This document shows positions 1-10,583 of a stretch of DNA of 64,000 bases, piece by piece. The notes under the pieces were generated by a model. That model made no database searches, had not been told where the DNA came from, and was given only the letters and a program-made list of their open reading frames with translations. Positions within the stretch are counted from its first letter, which is position 1. Each line of letters opens with the position of its first letter. The DNA is from an uncultured Verrucomicrobiota bacterium (GTDB taxonomy: Bacteria > Verrucomicrobiota > Verrucomicrobiia > Limisphaerales > CAIQOK01). Both the position numbers and the translations under genes were made by a program. Location: assembly GCA_903873415.1 (NCBI GenBank), contig CAIQOK010000034.1:43962-107961 (forward strand). Reading direction: 5' to 3'.

Positions 1-588
1 TTGCAACTTGTCGCGCAGGTCTTTGAGCGTTTTGTCCGTGCAGTCTTCAGGCTTTGAATCCCTCCTTTGCCCTGCGGGTGGTGGGTCGGGAATGGTTGGA
101 TGAACCGGAGTTCCTTTGGAGACTGATCCGGCCATGGATCCGAAGCGGCTTAAGAACCAGCCTGCGCAGCGCTCGGCAGCCGCCCTTTTTTCCTCCTCAG
201 TGAAGGCTTTTGAAGCCAGGGCAAGCCGGTCGATCCCGAGCTTGCGCAGACCGGCCCGGTCACTAGTCATCAAGGTCAGCAGAAAAAGGGCAGGGCCGGT
301 GACTGCCGCAAAATCATCAAAGCGCTCGGTCAAAACCTCCGGGGCGATATCCTCGATTCCCAGGCGAAGCGGAAGTTTCTCTTTGACGGTATCGATGAGC
401 CAGACGGGCAGGTTTGCGGGACGTTTGGCCAGCTTCCGGATGTTTTCCAGAATGAGCTTGGGTTTGGTGAAACCTCCCGGCAGATGCTTTCCGAGAGCGG
501 CCAGGGTCTTGTCCGGCAAGGCCTGAATACATTGATCCAGAGCCGTTTCCATTTCCGGCGGCAGCTGGAGGTCGTTGAGCTTGGTCAT
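1..588 (-). CDS. Hypothetical protein, truncated at the left window edge
   Basis: Hand translation from the ATG at 588 is open to position 1 (MTKLNDLQLPPEMETALDQCIQALPDK...KTLKDLRDKLQ). It is absent from the ORF track, presumably because there is no stop in the window. Confidence 0.7.
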   Translation of the reverse strand, partial: MTKLNDLQLPPEMETALDQCIQALPDKTLAALGKHLPGGFTKPKLILENIRKLAKRPANLPVWLIDTVKEKLPLRLGIEDIAPEVLTERFDDFAAVTGPALFLLTLMTSDRAGLRKLGIDRLALASKAFTEEEKRAAAERCAGWFLSRFGSMAGSVSKGTPVHPTIPDPPPAGQRRDSKPEDCTDKTLKDLRDKLQ

Positions 589-1110
589 GCGGATCGTCGT
601 TGAATGTCGTTATCTGGATGGATTGTGGGGTGGCGGGTATGACAACGGCGGACATACTGGTGAAAAAACCTGTTGTCATGGGAACGGTTGAATCCCGGTT
701 CAGGGAGTGAAAAATCCGGGGGCTTTTCCCGTTCAACCGCGACCGGCAAAGCCAATCCGAATGCCTTTTCCGGTCGGCGATCCCGTTGCGTGGACTTCAC
801 TGCGGCCGGGTGGGTTGTCAGGACCTATTCGATGATCCTCCGTCTGTTTCCGGCCGGCAGCCGGCGTCCTGGCGGCATGTGGCAAAGCAATCCCTGATTG
901 AGGTTCTCATTCAAGGAGGATTGTCGCACTGGAGCGGTTGGGCCTAAACGGAGTTCACCACACCCAACGCCGCTTGAAAGGGCTGGCAGCAACGTCTTGG
1001 GCAATCCGGCCGGATTGCTGGAGCGGTTCGGGAAAGGAGGTTGATGGGTTCGCGGCAAGGTTTTGGTGCGCACGAATGAGGCAACCAAGCCGTTCTGAAC
1101 TTTTGAGTGT

Positions 1111-1335
1111 TCAGGCTGGAGAGAGTTTTTTCCGCTCGGTGCCGCTGGCTTCGCGGAAATCGCTGAGGCGGCCTTTTTTAACCGAGCCGTCTTGGAGCTT
1201 GAGGGTGATCTGCGGGGGCCAGCCGGACTGGGCCTGAGCCACATTTTCCACGACGCCCAGAGAGCGGGAGATTTTGTGGACCATGATTTCGCCAAGAAAG
1301 CCTTCGCCTGTGGCCGGTATTTTGGTTTTTCCCAT
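1111..1335 (-). CDS. Small hypothetical protein (74 aa)
   Basis: ATG ORF with protein-like composition, preceded by TTGAAC-16-TACTGT ending 5 nt upstream of the ATG. Confidence 0.6.
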   Translation of the reverse strand: MGKTKIPATGEGFLGEIMVHKISRSLGVVENVAQAQSGWPPQITLKLQDGSVKKGRLSDFREASGTERKKLSPA

Positions 1336-1568
1336 GACGCACAGTAGGGGGCAACCCCGCCGCGTTCAATATCCGAATAAAATTGAATCTGGAAGCAAGG
1401 CGTGGCGGGGGCCTAAAGCACGGGTGAACATTGAGTTGGAATTCAAGGGTTGCCCCGCCTTGCGGGTGAGGGCGCTTTTTTGCAAATGCCCGGTCTATGG
1501 GGACTCTTTTGAAAAGCAGGGGTGATCCGTGGGTGGCGGGATGAACTCCGTTTGGATTTCGGTCCGGC

Positions 1569-4325
1569 CTACTTGGGCAAGTCGGACCGGGTGCTTCGGC
1601 GGCGCAGCACATGATTGAGCAGTGCCGGCAGGAGGATCAACCCGGCGACCATGCAGGCCGCCACGCCGGTGGCCATCACGCAGCCCAAGCTGTAGATGCC
1701 CCGGTCCTTGGCGAGGATCAGGCTGCCGAATCCCACAATGGCGGTCAGGCCGGAGACGAGCACGGCCTTGCCGGTGCTGCGGGTGAGTATGCTGGCGTGC
1801 TGCTCTTCGGCAAAGCGGTTCAAGATGTGGATTCCGTTGGTGACGCCGATGCCGATGACCAAGGGCAGTGTCATGATATTGGCGGGATTAAGGGGCACGC
1901 CGAAAAATCCCATCAGGCCTCCGAGCCAGACGACGCCGATGCCGACCGGAAGGAGCGAGAGTAGGACCGAGGAGAGGTTTCGGAAATGGATAAGGACGAG
2001 AACGATGATGGCCGCCAAGGAATACCAGGCTGCCTGCTCGTAGCTTTTCTTTAGAACCTCGGTGTATTCATAGAGTTGAACCGGGGTGCCTGTCACTTTG
2101 GGATCGACGGCCCGCAACTGCTGGAGGAATTTCTCCTGGTTGCCGCGCTGCCAGATGTCTTCCTTGGGATAGATCTGGAGCAAGAATTTGCCTGTGGTGC
2201 CAACGAACATGTGCCGGAGCGCCGGTGGTAGGTCCTCGGCCCTCAGAGGTCCGCTGTCATCCTGGTTTTTCAAGGCCTCGAATGTTTCGCGCAGGTCATT
2301 GAAGAGGGCCTGCTGATAGAGACCGAGCTGCCGGCTGGTTGTTTCCTGCTGCGGTCCGTTTCCTGCCAGCATGTCTTTGCGCAGGGTCGCCAGGGATCCC
2401 CGCAGGCTGGTCAACTGCCGGTTGAGTGCCGGTTCGTTAGTGCCGATTTCCGCGAGTGCCGCGCCGCAATATCCATAGAGGGAATAGAGCGTCAGGCTCA
2501 ATTCTGGGATGTTTACCGGGTGCGCATCGGGCGGATCGAAGCGCAGGCTGGCGAGGTCTTGTTTGATCTCGCCTACCAGCCGGAGTTTGGAGGTTTGATC
2601 CTCGCTGAGGTGCCCGGCCATCGATTCCACGGATCCGACGGCGGACAAATTGGTGATCTGTTGCTCCAAGCTCACGGCCTGCCGGGCTGAATCGGCGATG
2701 ACAGCAGCAAAGAGGAGGGATTGGCCGGAGTTGACCAGTTTGTCGGTGGTCTTGACTGAGGAGAGGTTTGGGCTCTGCATGTGGAGCAGGTTGTAGTCGA
2801 AATAGACCTTTCTGAGCTGGGGCAGGGCGAGCAGGCAAGTGCCGGCGATCAGGATGGTGACGATGATGGGGTGATTGAGCCAGATGGCTTCGATCTGGGC
2901 GCGCCGGTCCGGGCGCTCGACGTGTTTGCCGGCATGGTCGAGCACGTTTTGCCGGCCGCGCAGCAGTAATACGGGCAAAAGGGTCATCATTGGGATGAGG
3001 CAGATCAGCAGGCCGCTGCCGCAGATGACGCCCATTTCCTGGATGCCTTTGAAATTGGTAAGGCCCATGGCCAGAAAAGCGCCCGCCGTGGTGAAGGCCC
3101 CGGTGAAAATCCCCTGGCCCGTGTAGACCATTGCCTTGGTCAGCGCCGACTCTTCGCTTCGGCCATGGCGCAATTCTTCCTCATAGCGCGTGATCAAATG
3201 CACCCCGAAATCGATGGCCAGTCCGACGAGCATTGGGACGAAGGTGATTGTCAGAATGTTCAAATGCCCGATGGTCAGTGTGGCAAAGGCCAGAGTATAG
3301 GCCAGGCCCACGACGAGGCAGAGGGTGGCTTTGATCGGGCGGCCGCTTTCGTTGTAGCCGTAGATGAAAATCAAAGCGCAGATGATTAGCGCCACAATGC
3401 TGGCCAGGGTGGTGTCGATCTGGGATTGCTCCAGCTCGTCGTTATCCAGGACGGGTTGGCCGGTAACTCCGACGTTGAGGCCGGGCATTTCCTGCTGTGT
3501 TTGGGTTACGAGTTGACGGAGGCGGCTGACGCAGGCCGCGTTGAAATCGTCCTGCCGCTTGTCGTTATCCTTCCGTTCGGCCTGGGGCGGCAGGGTGCGC
3601 GGCTGCAGGGTCAGCAGGAAGACCCGGCCCTTGCCGATGGTGATGTAGAGGTCGCTTTCAGCCCCGCTGCCCGTGTCGATAAGCGAGGCGATGCCCGGGG
3701 AGACTGGTTTGCCCCCCCAATGGAGCGAGGCATCGGCTTGGTCGACGATCCGTTTCAGGGCGGGCAGGGCTTTGACGAGCGACTGGGTTTGCTCGTTCTC
3801 CTCGCGCTTGGCGGTGCGGAACTGGCGGTTCACCATGTCAAAGAGCGACACCAGATTGGTGGCGTGGGAGAACTCGTCAATGAAGGGGCGGAAGTCCCGC
3901 AGCATCTTGCGCAGCTCCACCAGATCGTTCTCCGAGGCCATGAGCAGCGCCTTGGACCCGTACATCTTGGGGTTCTTCTTGTAGAAAAGGTTGGTGAAAT
4001 GGTTCGTCTCCGATTCCAGTTTGGTCCCGAGCCGTTCGATGAACTGTCCGCTTTTTCCGGGGCTCTCGCAGTCGACAACCACCAGCAGGTCGTCCTGCTG
4101 CGGGAACTCCTTTTTCAGGTCCAGGAAAAAGTGCTGATACTTTTCATTCGACCCCACCAAGTTGTCCCGGTTCGAGTCGAATTCCAAAAACAGGCAGGTG
4201 TAGGCCACACTGGCAATGAAAAGTACCACCTGCGACCAGATGACCCACTTGCGGTGGTGGATCACCGTGTGGGCGGTCCACGCCAGAACCCGCCCCACCA
4301 GCGAATCATCCCTCAATTGTTTCAT
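1569..4325 (-). CDS. MMPL/RND family transporter, HpnN-like (hopanoid-associated)
   Basis: Two repeats of one TM, a large periplasmic loop and several TMs; GLAIDFGVH and GIGVTNGIH motifs. Start refined to MKQLRDD. Confidence 0.85.
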   Translation of the reverse strand: MKQLRDDSLVGRVLAWTAHTVIHHRKWVIWSQVVLFIASVAYTCLFLEFDSNRDNLVGSNEKYQHFFLDLKKEFPQQDDLLVVVDCESPGKSGQFIERLGTKLESETNHFTNLFYKKNPKMYGSKALLMASENDLVELRKMLRDFRPFIDEFSHATNLVSLFDMVNRQFRTAKREENEQTQSLVKALPALKRIVDQADASLHWGGKPVSPGIASLIDTGSGAESDLYITIGKGRVFLLTLQPRTLPPQAERKDNDKRQDDFNAACVSRLRQLVTQTQQEMPGLNVGVTGQPVLDNDELEQSQIDTTLASIVALIICALIFIYGYNESGRPIKATLCLVVGLAYTLAFATLTIGHLNILTITFVPMLVGLAIDFGVHLITRYEEELRHGRSEESALTKAMVYTGQGIFTGAFTTAGAFLAMGLTNFKGIQEMGVICGSGLLICLIPMMTLLPVLLLRGRQNVLDHAGKHVERPDRRAQIEAIWLNHPIIVTILIAGTCLLALPQLRKVYFDYNLLHMQSPNLSSVKTTDKLVNSGQSLLFAAVIADSARQAVSLEQQITNLSAVGSVESMAGHLSEDQTSKLRLVGEIKQDLASLRFDPPDAHPVNIPELSLTLYSLYGYCGAALAEIGTNEPALNRQLTSLRGSLATLRKDMLAGNGPQQETTSRQLGLYQQALFNDLRETFEALKNQDDSGPLRAEDLPPALRHMFVGTTGKFLLQIYPKEDIWQRGNQEKFLQQLRAVDPKVTGTPVQLYEYTEVLKKSYEQAAWYSLAAIIVLVLIHFRNLSSVLLSLLPVGIGVVWLGGLMGFFGVPLNPANIMTLPLVIGIGVTNGIHILNRFAEEQHASILTRSTGKAVLVSGLTAIVGFGSLILAKDRGIYSLGCVMATGVAACMVAGLILLPALLNHVLRRRSTRSDLPK

Positions 4326-4379
4326 GGTCGCAGCCCCGGACCGGGGCAAAGGCTGTAAAGTGTCGGGTCGGAAGGGGAA

Positions 4380-4718
4380 TTAGCGGAGCGGTTCCACGGA
4401 GACCGCCGTGCCGTAACAGAGCACCTCGGTGATGCCCTGGGCCACTTCCGTGGCATCGTAGCGCATGCCGATGACGGCGTTGGCGCCCAGTTGGCCGGCG
4501 TGTTGGAGCATGAGGTTGTAGGCGTCACCCCGGGCGCGTTCGCACAGTTCGGTGTAGATGGAGATGTTGCCGCCGAACAGGCTCTGGATGCCGGCCCCGA
4601 TATTGCCGATCAAGGACCGGGAGCGCACGATGATGCCGCGAACCACGCCGAAGGAGCGGACCACGCGGTAGCCTGGGATCTCGAAGGTCGTGGTTGTCAG
4701 CGGATGTGTTTGGCTCAT
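4380..4718 (-). CDS. YbjQ/UPF0145 family (putative heavy-metal-binding) protein
   Basis: TTTFEIPGYRVVRSFGVVRG...A..LGANAVIGMRYD...YGTAV pattern; start refined to MSQTHP. Confidence 0.9.
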   Translation of the reverse strand: MSQTHPLTTTTFEIPGYRVVRSFGVVRGIIVRSRSLIGNIGAGIQSLFGGNISIYTELCERARGDAYNLMLQHAGQLGANAVIGMRYDATEVAQGITEVLCYGTAVSVEPLR

Positions 4719-4893
4719 AATCGATATCATTGAACACGAGGGCGGGCCGGGTAAAAAGCCAAAATATTGGGCCAATGGCGCTTGACAACCGGCGTCTTTG
4801 GGTTGCACCGTTGCATGAAATCGGCCCACCCCGGTCTTGTGGCCGGGTTGAAGCCAGGAAACACAATCAAAACCCGATACGTCGAAGTCCATC

Positions 4894-5061
4894 ATGAAAC
4901 TCATCCAATTCTTTTCTCTGTTCGTCTGTGTCACCGCTCTGGTCACGGGTTGCGCCGGTGAAAAAGCCTGCTGCTCCAGTAAGCCTGCTTGCGGTCACAA
5001 GTGCTGCATCGAGCAGCACACCGACTGCGCCCATTGCACGGTTTGCTCCGCCAAGAAGTGA
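4894..5061 (+). CDS. 55-aa Cys/His-rich lipoprotein (metallothionein-like composition)
   Basis: MKLIQFFSLFVCVTALVTG-C-AGEKACCSSKPACGHKCCIEQHTDCAHCTVCSAKK*: signal peptide with lipobox VTGC. Its stop lies 3 nt from the corrected mfd stop. Confidence 0.75.
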   Translation: MKLIQFFSLFVCVTALVTGCAGEKACCSSKPACGHKCCIEQHTDCAHCTVCSAKK

Positions 5062-5064
5062 GGT

Positions 5065-8000
5065 TCACAGCGCCAGCAGCAGGCGCTTGATCTCTTTCAA
5101 TCGCGCCGGCGGGGCTTTCTTGGTCAAACGTGGGAACTTCCCCCCCCACCATCACCAAGTCGCCCCGCCGTGTCAGCATCAGCTTGTCCTCCTTGACCTC
5201 TATGGTGCCGACGGCGCGTTCGGAGGCGAGAATCTTGAGTTCCGCGGTTTGCAGGAGCAGTTCCACCGCGGGTGGAGGCGGGCCGAAGCGGTCTCTTAAC
5301 TCCGAGTGCAATGAGTCCAAGGATGTTCTATCCGTTGCTTGGGCCAGTTTGCGATAGATTTCAACCCGGTGCTGTGATTCCGGGGCGTAGGTTTCAGGGA
5401 GTTTGCCGGCCTCGGGCAGGAAATCCAGCGCCACCCGCACCTCCACTCGTGGCGGCAACTTCTCCCCCTTCAACCCCGCCACGCTCTGCTTGAGCAGCTG
5501 GCAGTAAAGATCAAAACCGACCGCGGTGATGTGCCCGCTCTGCTCCGAGCCGAGCAGATTGCCCGCCCCGCGGATCTCCAGGTCGCGCATGGCGATCTTA
5601 AAGCCGCTGCCCAGAGTGGAGTATTGCTTCAGGGCACCGATCCGTTTGCGGGCGTCGGTGAGCAACCGGGCATGGCGCGGGAGCAGCAGGTAGGCATAGG
5701 CTTGGTGCTTGTAGCGACCGACCCGGCCGCGCAACTGGTAGAGCTCGCTCAGTCCGAACCGGTCCGCCCGGTCGATGATGATGGTGTTCGCGTTGGGGAT
5801 GTCCAGGCCGCTTTCGATGATGGTGGTGGACAAGAGCACGTCGGCCTCACCGTTGACAAATTTGGTCATCACATCCTCGAGTTCGTCGCTCCCGAGCTGG
5901 CCGTGGCCGACGAGGATGCGCGCGTCCGGCACGAGGCTCTGCAGCTTCTGGTGCATGGCGTGGATGGTCATCACGCGGTTGTGTAGGAAAAAAACCTGGC
6001 CGCCCCGGTTGAGTTCCCTCCGGATGGCATCGCGGATGACCCGTTCGTCATACTGGGTGACGATGGTTTCGACGGGCAGGCGGTCGTGCGGAGGGGTTTG
6101 GATCGTGCTCATGTCCCGCGCTCCGGTGAGCGCCAGGTAGAGCGTTCGCGGAATCGGGGTTGCGCTCAGCGTGAGCACGTCCACCAGCTTGCGCAGCCTC
6201 TTGAACTTCTCCTTGTGCAGCACCCCGAAGCGTTGTTCCTCGTCGATCACCACCAGTCCGAGGTCCTTGAAGGCGATGTCGCTTTGGACCAGACGATGGG
6301 TGCCTATGACGATGTCCACCGCGCCGGCAGGCAGATCGCGCACCACGCGTTGCAGCTCGCGCCGGGTTCGGAACCGGGACAGCAGTTCAATCCGGATTGG
6401 ATAATCGGCCATTCGCTCACGGAAATTGTTGTAGTGCTGCTGCGCCAGCACCGTTGTGGGAACTAGAATGGCCACCTGCCGCCCGTCCATCACCGCTTTG
6501 AAGGCGGCGCGGATGGCCACTTCAGTCTTTCCAAAGCCGACGTCGCCGCAGATCAGTCGGTCCATTGGCTTGGCCCGCTCCATGTCCGCCTTGGTCTCGT
6601 TGATGGCGCGCAACTGGTCGGGTGTTTCCTCAAATAGGAAAGAGCCTTCGAATTCCCGTTGCCAAGGAACATCGGCCGAGCAGGCATGGCCCGGTTGCGA
6701 TTCCCGCGCGGCCTGAATGGTGAGCAGATCGGCGGCGACGTCCCGCACGGCGCGCTCGGCCTGCTCCTTGGCCTTGATCCAGCGGGTTCCGCCCAAGGTG
6801 TTCAAAGGGGGGGTGGCCTTGCCGGCTCCGACGTATTTGCCGACCAGATGCGCTTCAGTCACCGGCACGTAAAGTTTGGGCCGTTCCAGGGCCGGGTCGC
6901 TGGCGGCGTATTCGATCACGAGACATTCTGCTCCAAGCTCCTCTGGCGGCTGGACTGCGGGGTCAGGAACGGGGCTGCGAGCCGGCCTAGGTGCCGAGGG
7001 CAGGCGCTTGAGTCCGAGATAACGCCCGATGCCGTGCTGAATGTGGACAACCAGATCGCCTTCTTCCAGTTCCGTGAAATCAATGTCCAGTACGGACCGG
7101 GCCGCTTGGGCGTGGGGCGATTTGAGCCGGCGCGGGCGCTGGACTTTGTAGCGGCCGAAAATCTCCGCATCGGTCACCACCACTAGTCTGGCCTGTTCGC
7201 AGAGAAAACCGCGCGAGAGGCTTCCGAGGTGGGGTTCCGGTGCGAGCGGGTTTGACGCGCCGGCTTCGGTTATCTGCGGTATTGACGGGGTGAGCCCGTG
7301 TTCCGCCCAGACTTCGATGAAGCGTTGCCGTTCGCCATCGTTGTTGCAAAAAACATGCACGCGGCAGCCCTGGCGCAGCCAGCGATGGAGTTGCGCGAAA
7401 AATTCGCGGCGCTGCGCTTCGGCCACCGCCGGCTCAGGTGCCCGTCCGGTCAGGGGCCGGAATGATTCCAACGAGCAAAAAAGTTCTTCACTCTTCATCC
7501 CGGCCTGCGGGGTGTCGACGTCTTCCGGTCCGGGCGCGGCCGGTTCGTCATCGCCCACTTCCAGCACGGTCATGCCTCGCGCGGTCAACTCTGCCTTAAT
7601 GGCCGCCCAAGTCGTGAAGAGAGGGTCGCCGGGCGGAATCTGGTTTTTGTAGGCTTCCGCGTGCCATTCCAGTTGCGCAGGGTTGCTGAGCAGGAAAATC
7701 GTTTCGGGTGGCAGATACTCCAGCAAAGTGGTCAGGCGGGTGGGTGCCTCAGAGGAGTTGTCGGCTTGCGGCTTGCGGAAGAGACCCAATTCCCCCGCCG
7801 GCGGCAAGGTCACTGAGGGGATCGACTCTCGTGAAATCTGTGTGGCCGGGTCGAAATGCCGCAGTGATTCCAGTTCATCCCCGAAGAATTCCAGCCGCAC
7901 GGGCCAGGCGCTGGTAAGGGGGAACACGTCAAGGATGCCCCCGCGCAGCGCCAGATCGCCTTTTTGGGTGACTTGGGCCTCCGGTTCATAGCCCTGTAAT

Positions 8001-8626
8001 TCCAACCACTCCACCAGATCCAGAGGATCCATCCGGTCGCCCCTCTGGAGTTGCCGGGTGCGGTTGCGGAGTGTTTCCGGCGGAAATGTTTTTTGCAGCA
8101 GCGCGACCACGGAGGTGACGATGCCCGGAGCCGGTGTGGCGCGGCATGGCGTGTTGCCCAGCTCCACCAGTGTTTCCAAGCGTTCGCTGATGACATCGGC
8201 ATGAGGCAGCCGGCCTTCATGGGGCAGGATTTCCCAGGCCGGGTAAAAAAGCAGTCCGGACCCGGAGGGTTGGAGGGCAGCAGAGGCAACGCTGGGCGCG
8301 CCTTTCTGCAGTCCGCAATCCCCGCTTTCCGCTTTCCGGCCGGCCGCCTGCCAAGTGTCCCAATCCTGCTGAAAGCTCTCTTGCGCTTTGAGTCCGTCGG
8401 TGACGACGACCAGGGGGCGGGTGGGTAAAAGTTCCCGGAGGAGGGCGGCCAGATAGGGTTGCGCCGCCCGGGGAATGCCGGATTGCGACACGGTGCCGCC
8501 ACTCCCCAATCGCCGCAGTAGGGTAAGCAGGGCGGGAGTTTGCAAGACCGGGGCAAACCAAGTGCTTGCCGGGACCGTTACGGGAGTTGGTGCCAAGCGC
8601 CAAGACCGTCGCAGGCTGCTCCTCAA
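5065..8626 (-). CDS. mfd: Transcription-repair coupling factor Mfd, with an apparent +1 frameshift in a G8 run near the 3' end; start uncertain
   Basis: UvrB-homology region (RGGILDVFP), RID, GDVGFGKTE, DEEQRFG, SATPIPRT, QLRGRVGR and a TRCF domain. Removing one G at 5140-5147 gives ...GGKFPRLTKKAPPARLKEIKRLLLAL* ending at 5065. Confidence 0.95.
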
Positions 8627-8791
8627 CCGTCAAGCCGAAGAGGGTTGGACCGTGCAGTTTGGCAGCCTCGGGCCGGGTGGAAAAGTGGATGAGGCCGACC
8701 CGGTGCCGCCGCGCCCCGGTTCGCAGATGGTGGGGGTTGGTCCGACTCCTGACGCCATAGGTTTATAAACAGGTGCGAGGGAATTTTCGGC

Positions 8792-10291
8792 TCAGGTCGT
8801 GGCCGGTGGCGTTGATCCGTCGGGGCGAGCCTGACGCAGCTCGGTTTTCAAGATCTTGCCTGTGGCATTGCGGGGGAGGGAAACAACGAAAAACACGCGG
8901 CGTGGCACTTTGTAATCCGCCAACCTTTCCCGGATGAATTTCAACAAAGCCATCTCTTCCAGATGAATTCCCTCCGTCGGCACCACAAATGCCACCGGCT
9001 GCTCGCCGCGCCGCGGGTCGGGCCATCCGACAACCGCCGATTCCTTGACATTGGGAAACTGGTGGATGATTTCTTCAACCTCTCTTGGATAAACGTTGAT
9101 ACCATTGACCAGCAGCATGTCTTTCTTGCGGTCGGTGATGAAGAAATAGCCATCGGCGTCGCGGTGGCCCATGTCGCCGGTGTAGAGCCAGCCCTTACGC
9201 AAGGCGCGGGCTGTTTCTTCGGGCTGGTTCCAATAGCCGAGCATCACGTTGCCGCCGCGAATGCAGATTTCCCCCGTTTGGCCCGTGGGCAGTTCCAGGC
9301 CCGTTTCGTCGCGGATGCTCAATTCCACGCCAGGGATGGGTTTGCCGATGGATCCCGGGCGGTTTTCGCCATGGATGGGGTTGACGGTTGCGACCGGACT
9401 GCTTTCGGTGGGGCCGTAACCCTCACGCAAGGGGAAGGGGAACTGAGTGGTGAAAGCGCGGTAGAGCTCCAGCGGCAGCGGTGCTCCGCCGCTGACGCAG
9501 AGTTTGAGGGGGAGTTTGCCGAAGTCCGCGACGCCCAGCAGGGCTCGATAGAAGGAGGGCACCGCCGGCAAGATCGTGCCGTGATGACGGGTGATTTCTT
9601 CAAGCACCTGCTTGAAGGGGTGCAGGGTTTTAAGCAGCAAAATGCCCGCCCCGGCCAGCATCGGCGTCAGGGTCCCCACCGTGAACATGAAACTGTGGAA
9701 TTGCGGTAGCGCCACCACAATCCGGTCTTCGGCGCGAATATCCAGCGCCAGCAGGCAGCTGTTGACGTTGTGCAGAAAATTGCCGTGCGTGAGCATCGCC
9801 CCTTTGGGGTGTCCGGTGGTGCCTGAGGTGTAAAGCAGCGCCGCCAGATCTTTCTCATTCCGATCCACGGCCGTTTCCTGCGGCACAGGAAGACTTTCAA
9901 AATCCTCAGCTAGACTGAACCGCAGGCTGGGGAGCAGGGTCGAGACGCCCTTGGCAGCCTCTGCCAAGCTCCGTTCGCTGATCACCGTTGTTGCGCCTGA
10001 ATCCCGAAGTATGAAAGCGATTTCCTCCGGTTTCAGGAAATGGCTGATCGGCACGATCACCGCCCCGGCTTGGGCAATACCGAACAACGCCGGGACGAAC
10101 TCCGGCCGGTTTTTCAGCCAGACCGCCACGCGGTCGCCCGGTCGAATCCCGAATGAATGCCGCAACGCCGCAGACACCGCCAGCGTAAGGGCAAAGAGTT
10201 GCTCGAATGTATACTCGGCGTCACCCCAGCAAAGGGCTGTCTTGTTCGGATTTCTCCGCACGGCGTCGGCGAATGCCTGGGCTAGGTTCAT
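8792..10291 (-). CDS. Long-chain-fatty-acid--CoA ligase (AMP-binding family)
   Basis: YTSGTTGHPKG, EGYGPTE, TGD and GKILK adenylate-forming motifs; start refined to MNLAQAF. Confidence 0.9.
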   Translation of the reverse strand: MNLAQAFADAVRRNPNKTALCWGDAEYTFEQLFALTLAVSAALRHSFGIRPGDRVAVWLKNRPEFVPALFGIAQAGAVIVPISHFLKPEEIAFILRDSGATTVISERSLAEAAKGVSTLLPSLRFSLAEDFESLPVPQETAVDRNEKDLAALLYTSGTTGHPKGAMLTHGNFLHNVNSCLLALDIRAEDRIVVALPQFHSFMFTVGTLTPMLAGAGILLLKTLHPFKQVLEEITRHHGTILPAVPSFYRALLGVADFGKLPLKLCVSGGAPLPLELYRAFTTQFPFPLREGYGPTESSPVATVNPIHGENRPGSIGKPIPGVELSIRDETGLELPTGQTGEICIRGGNVMLGYWNQPEETARALRKGWLYTGDMGHRDADGYFFITDRKKDMLLVNGINVYPREVEEIIHQFPNVKESAVVGWPDPRRGEQPVAFVVPTEGIHLEEMALLKFIRERLADYKVPRRVFFVVSLPRNATGKILKTELRQARPDGSTPPATT

Positions 10292-10583
10292 TTGTCCGGG
10301 GACGGTAGGCGATGCTGATGGGGTGGGCAAGAGGGTAGGTCGGAGCGGATGGCGAAGTTGGCCGTGTTTCTTCGAGGCGTGGAAGCTGGTGGGGGGGCTT
10401 TTCGGGCGGGTTTAGGAGCGGCGTCCGGCAAAAACAAGTGTTCCAAATCGGTATTACTGCTGATGTTCAGGTTGCCCTGAATCTGCCATTGTAGCTTTGC
10501 AGATCGGGGTTGGTCTGCCACGGGTTCATGGTAGGTGTGCGAATGGGGCGGTTGAGTTTGGTTTCTCAGCCGCCTCATTTCCA

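Noticed and set aside
4782..4811. MerR-type operator in the lipoprotein promoter (TTGACA with a CAACC/GGTTG dyad)
   Set aside because: The dyad is only 5 bp and there is no good -10 at 19-bp spacing.
4943..5064. Cys-containing C-terminal tail of the 1227-aa Mfd ORF
   Set aside because: Explained by the G8 frameshift reading antisense through the small lipoprotein gene.
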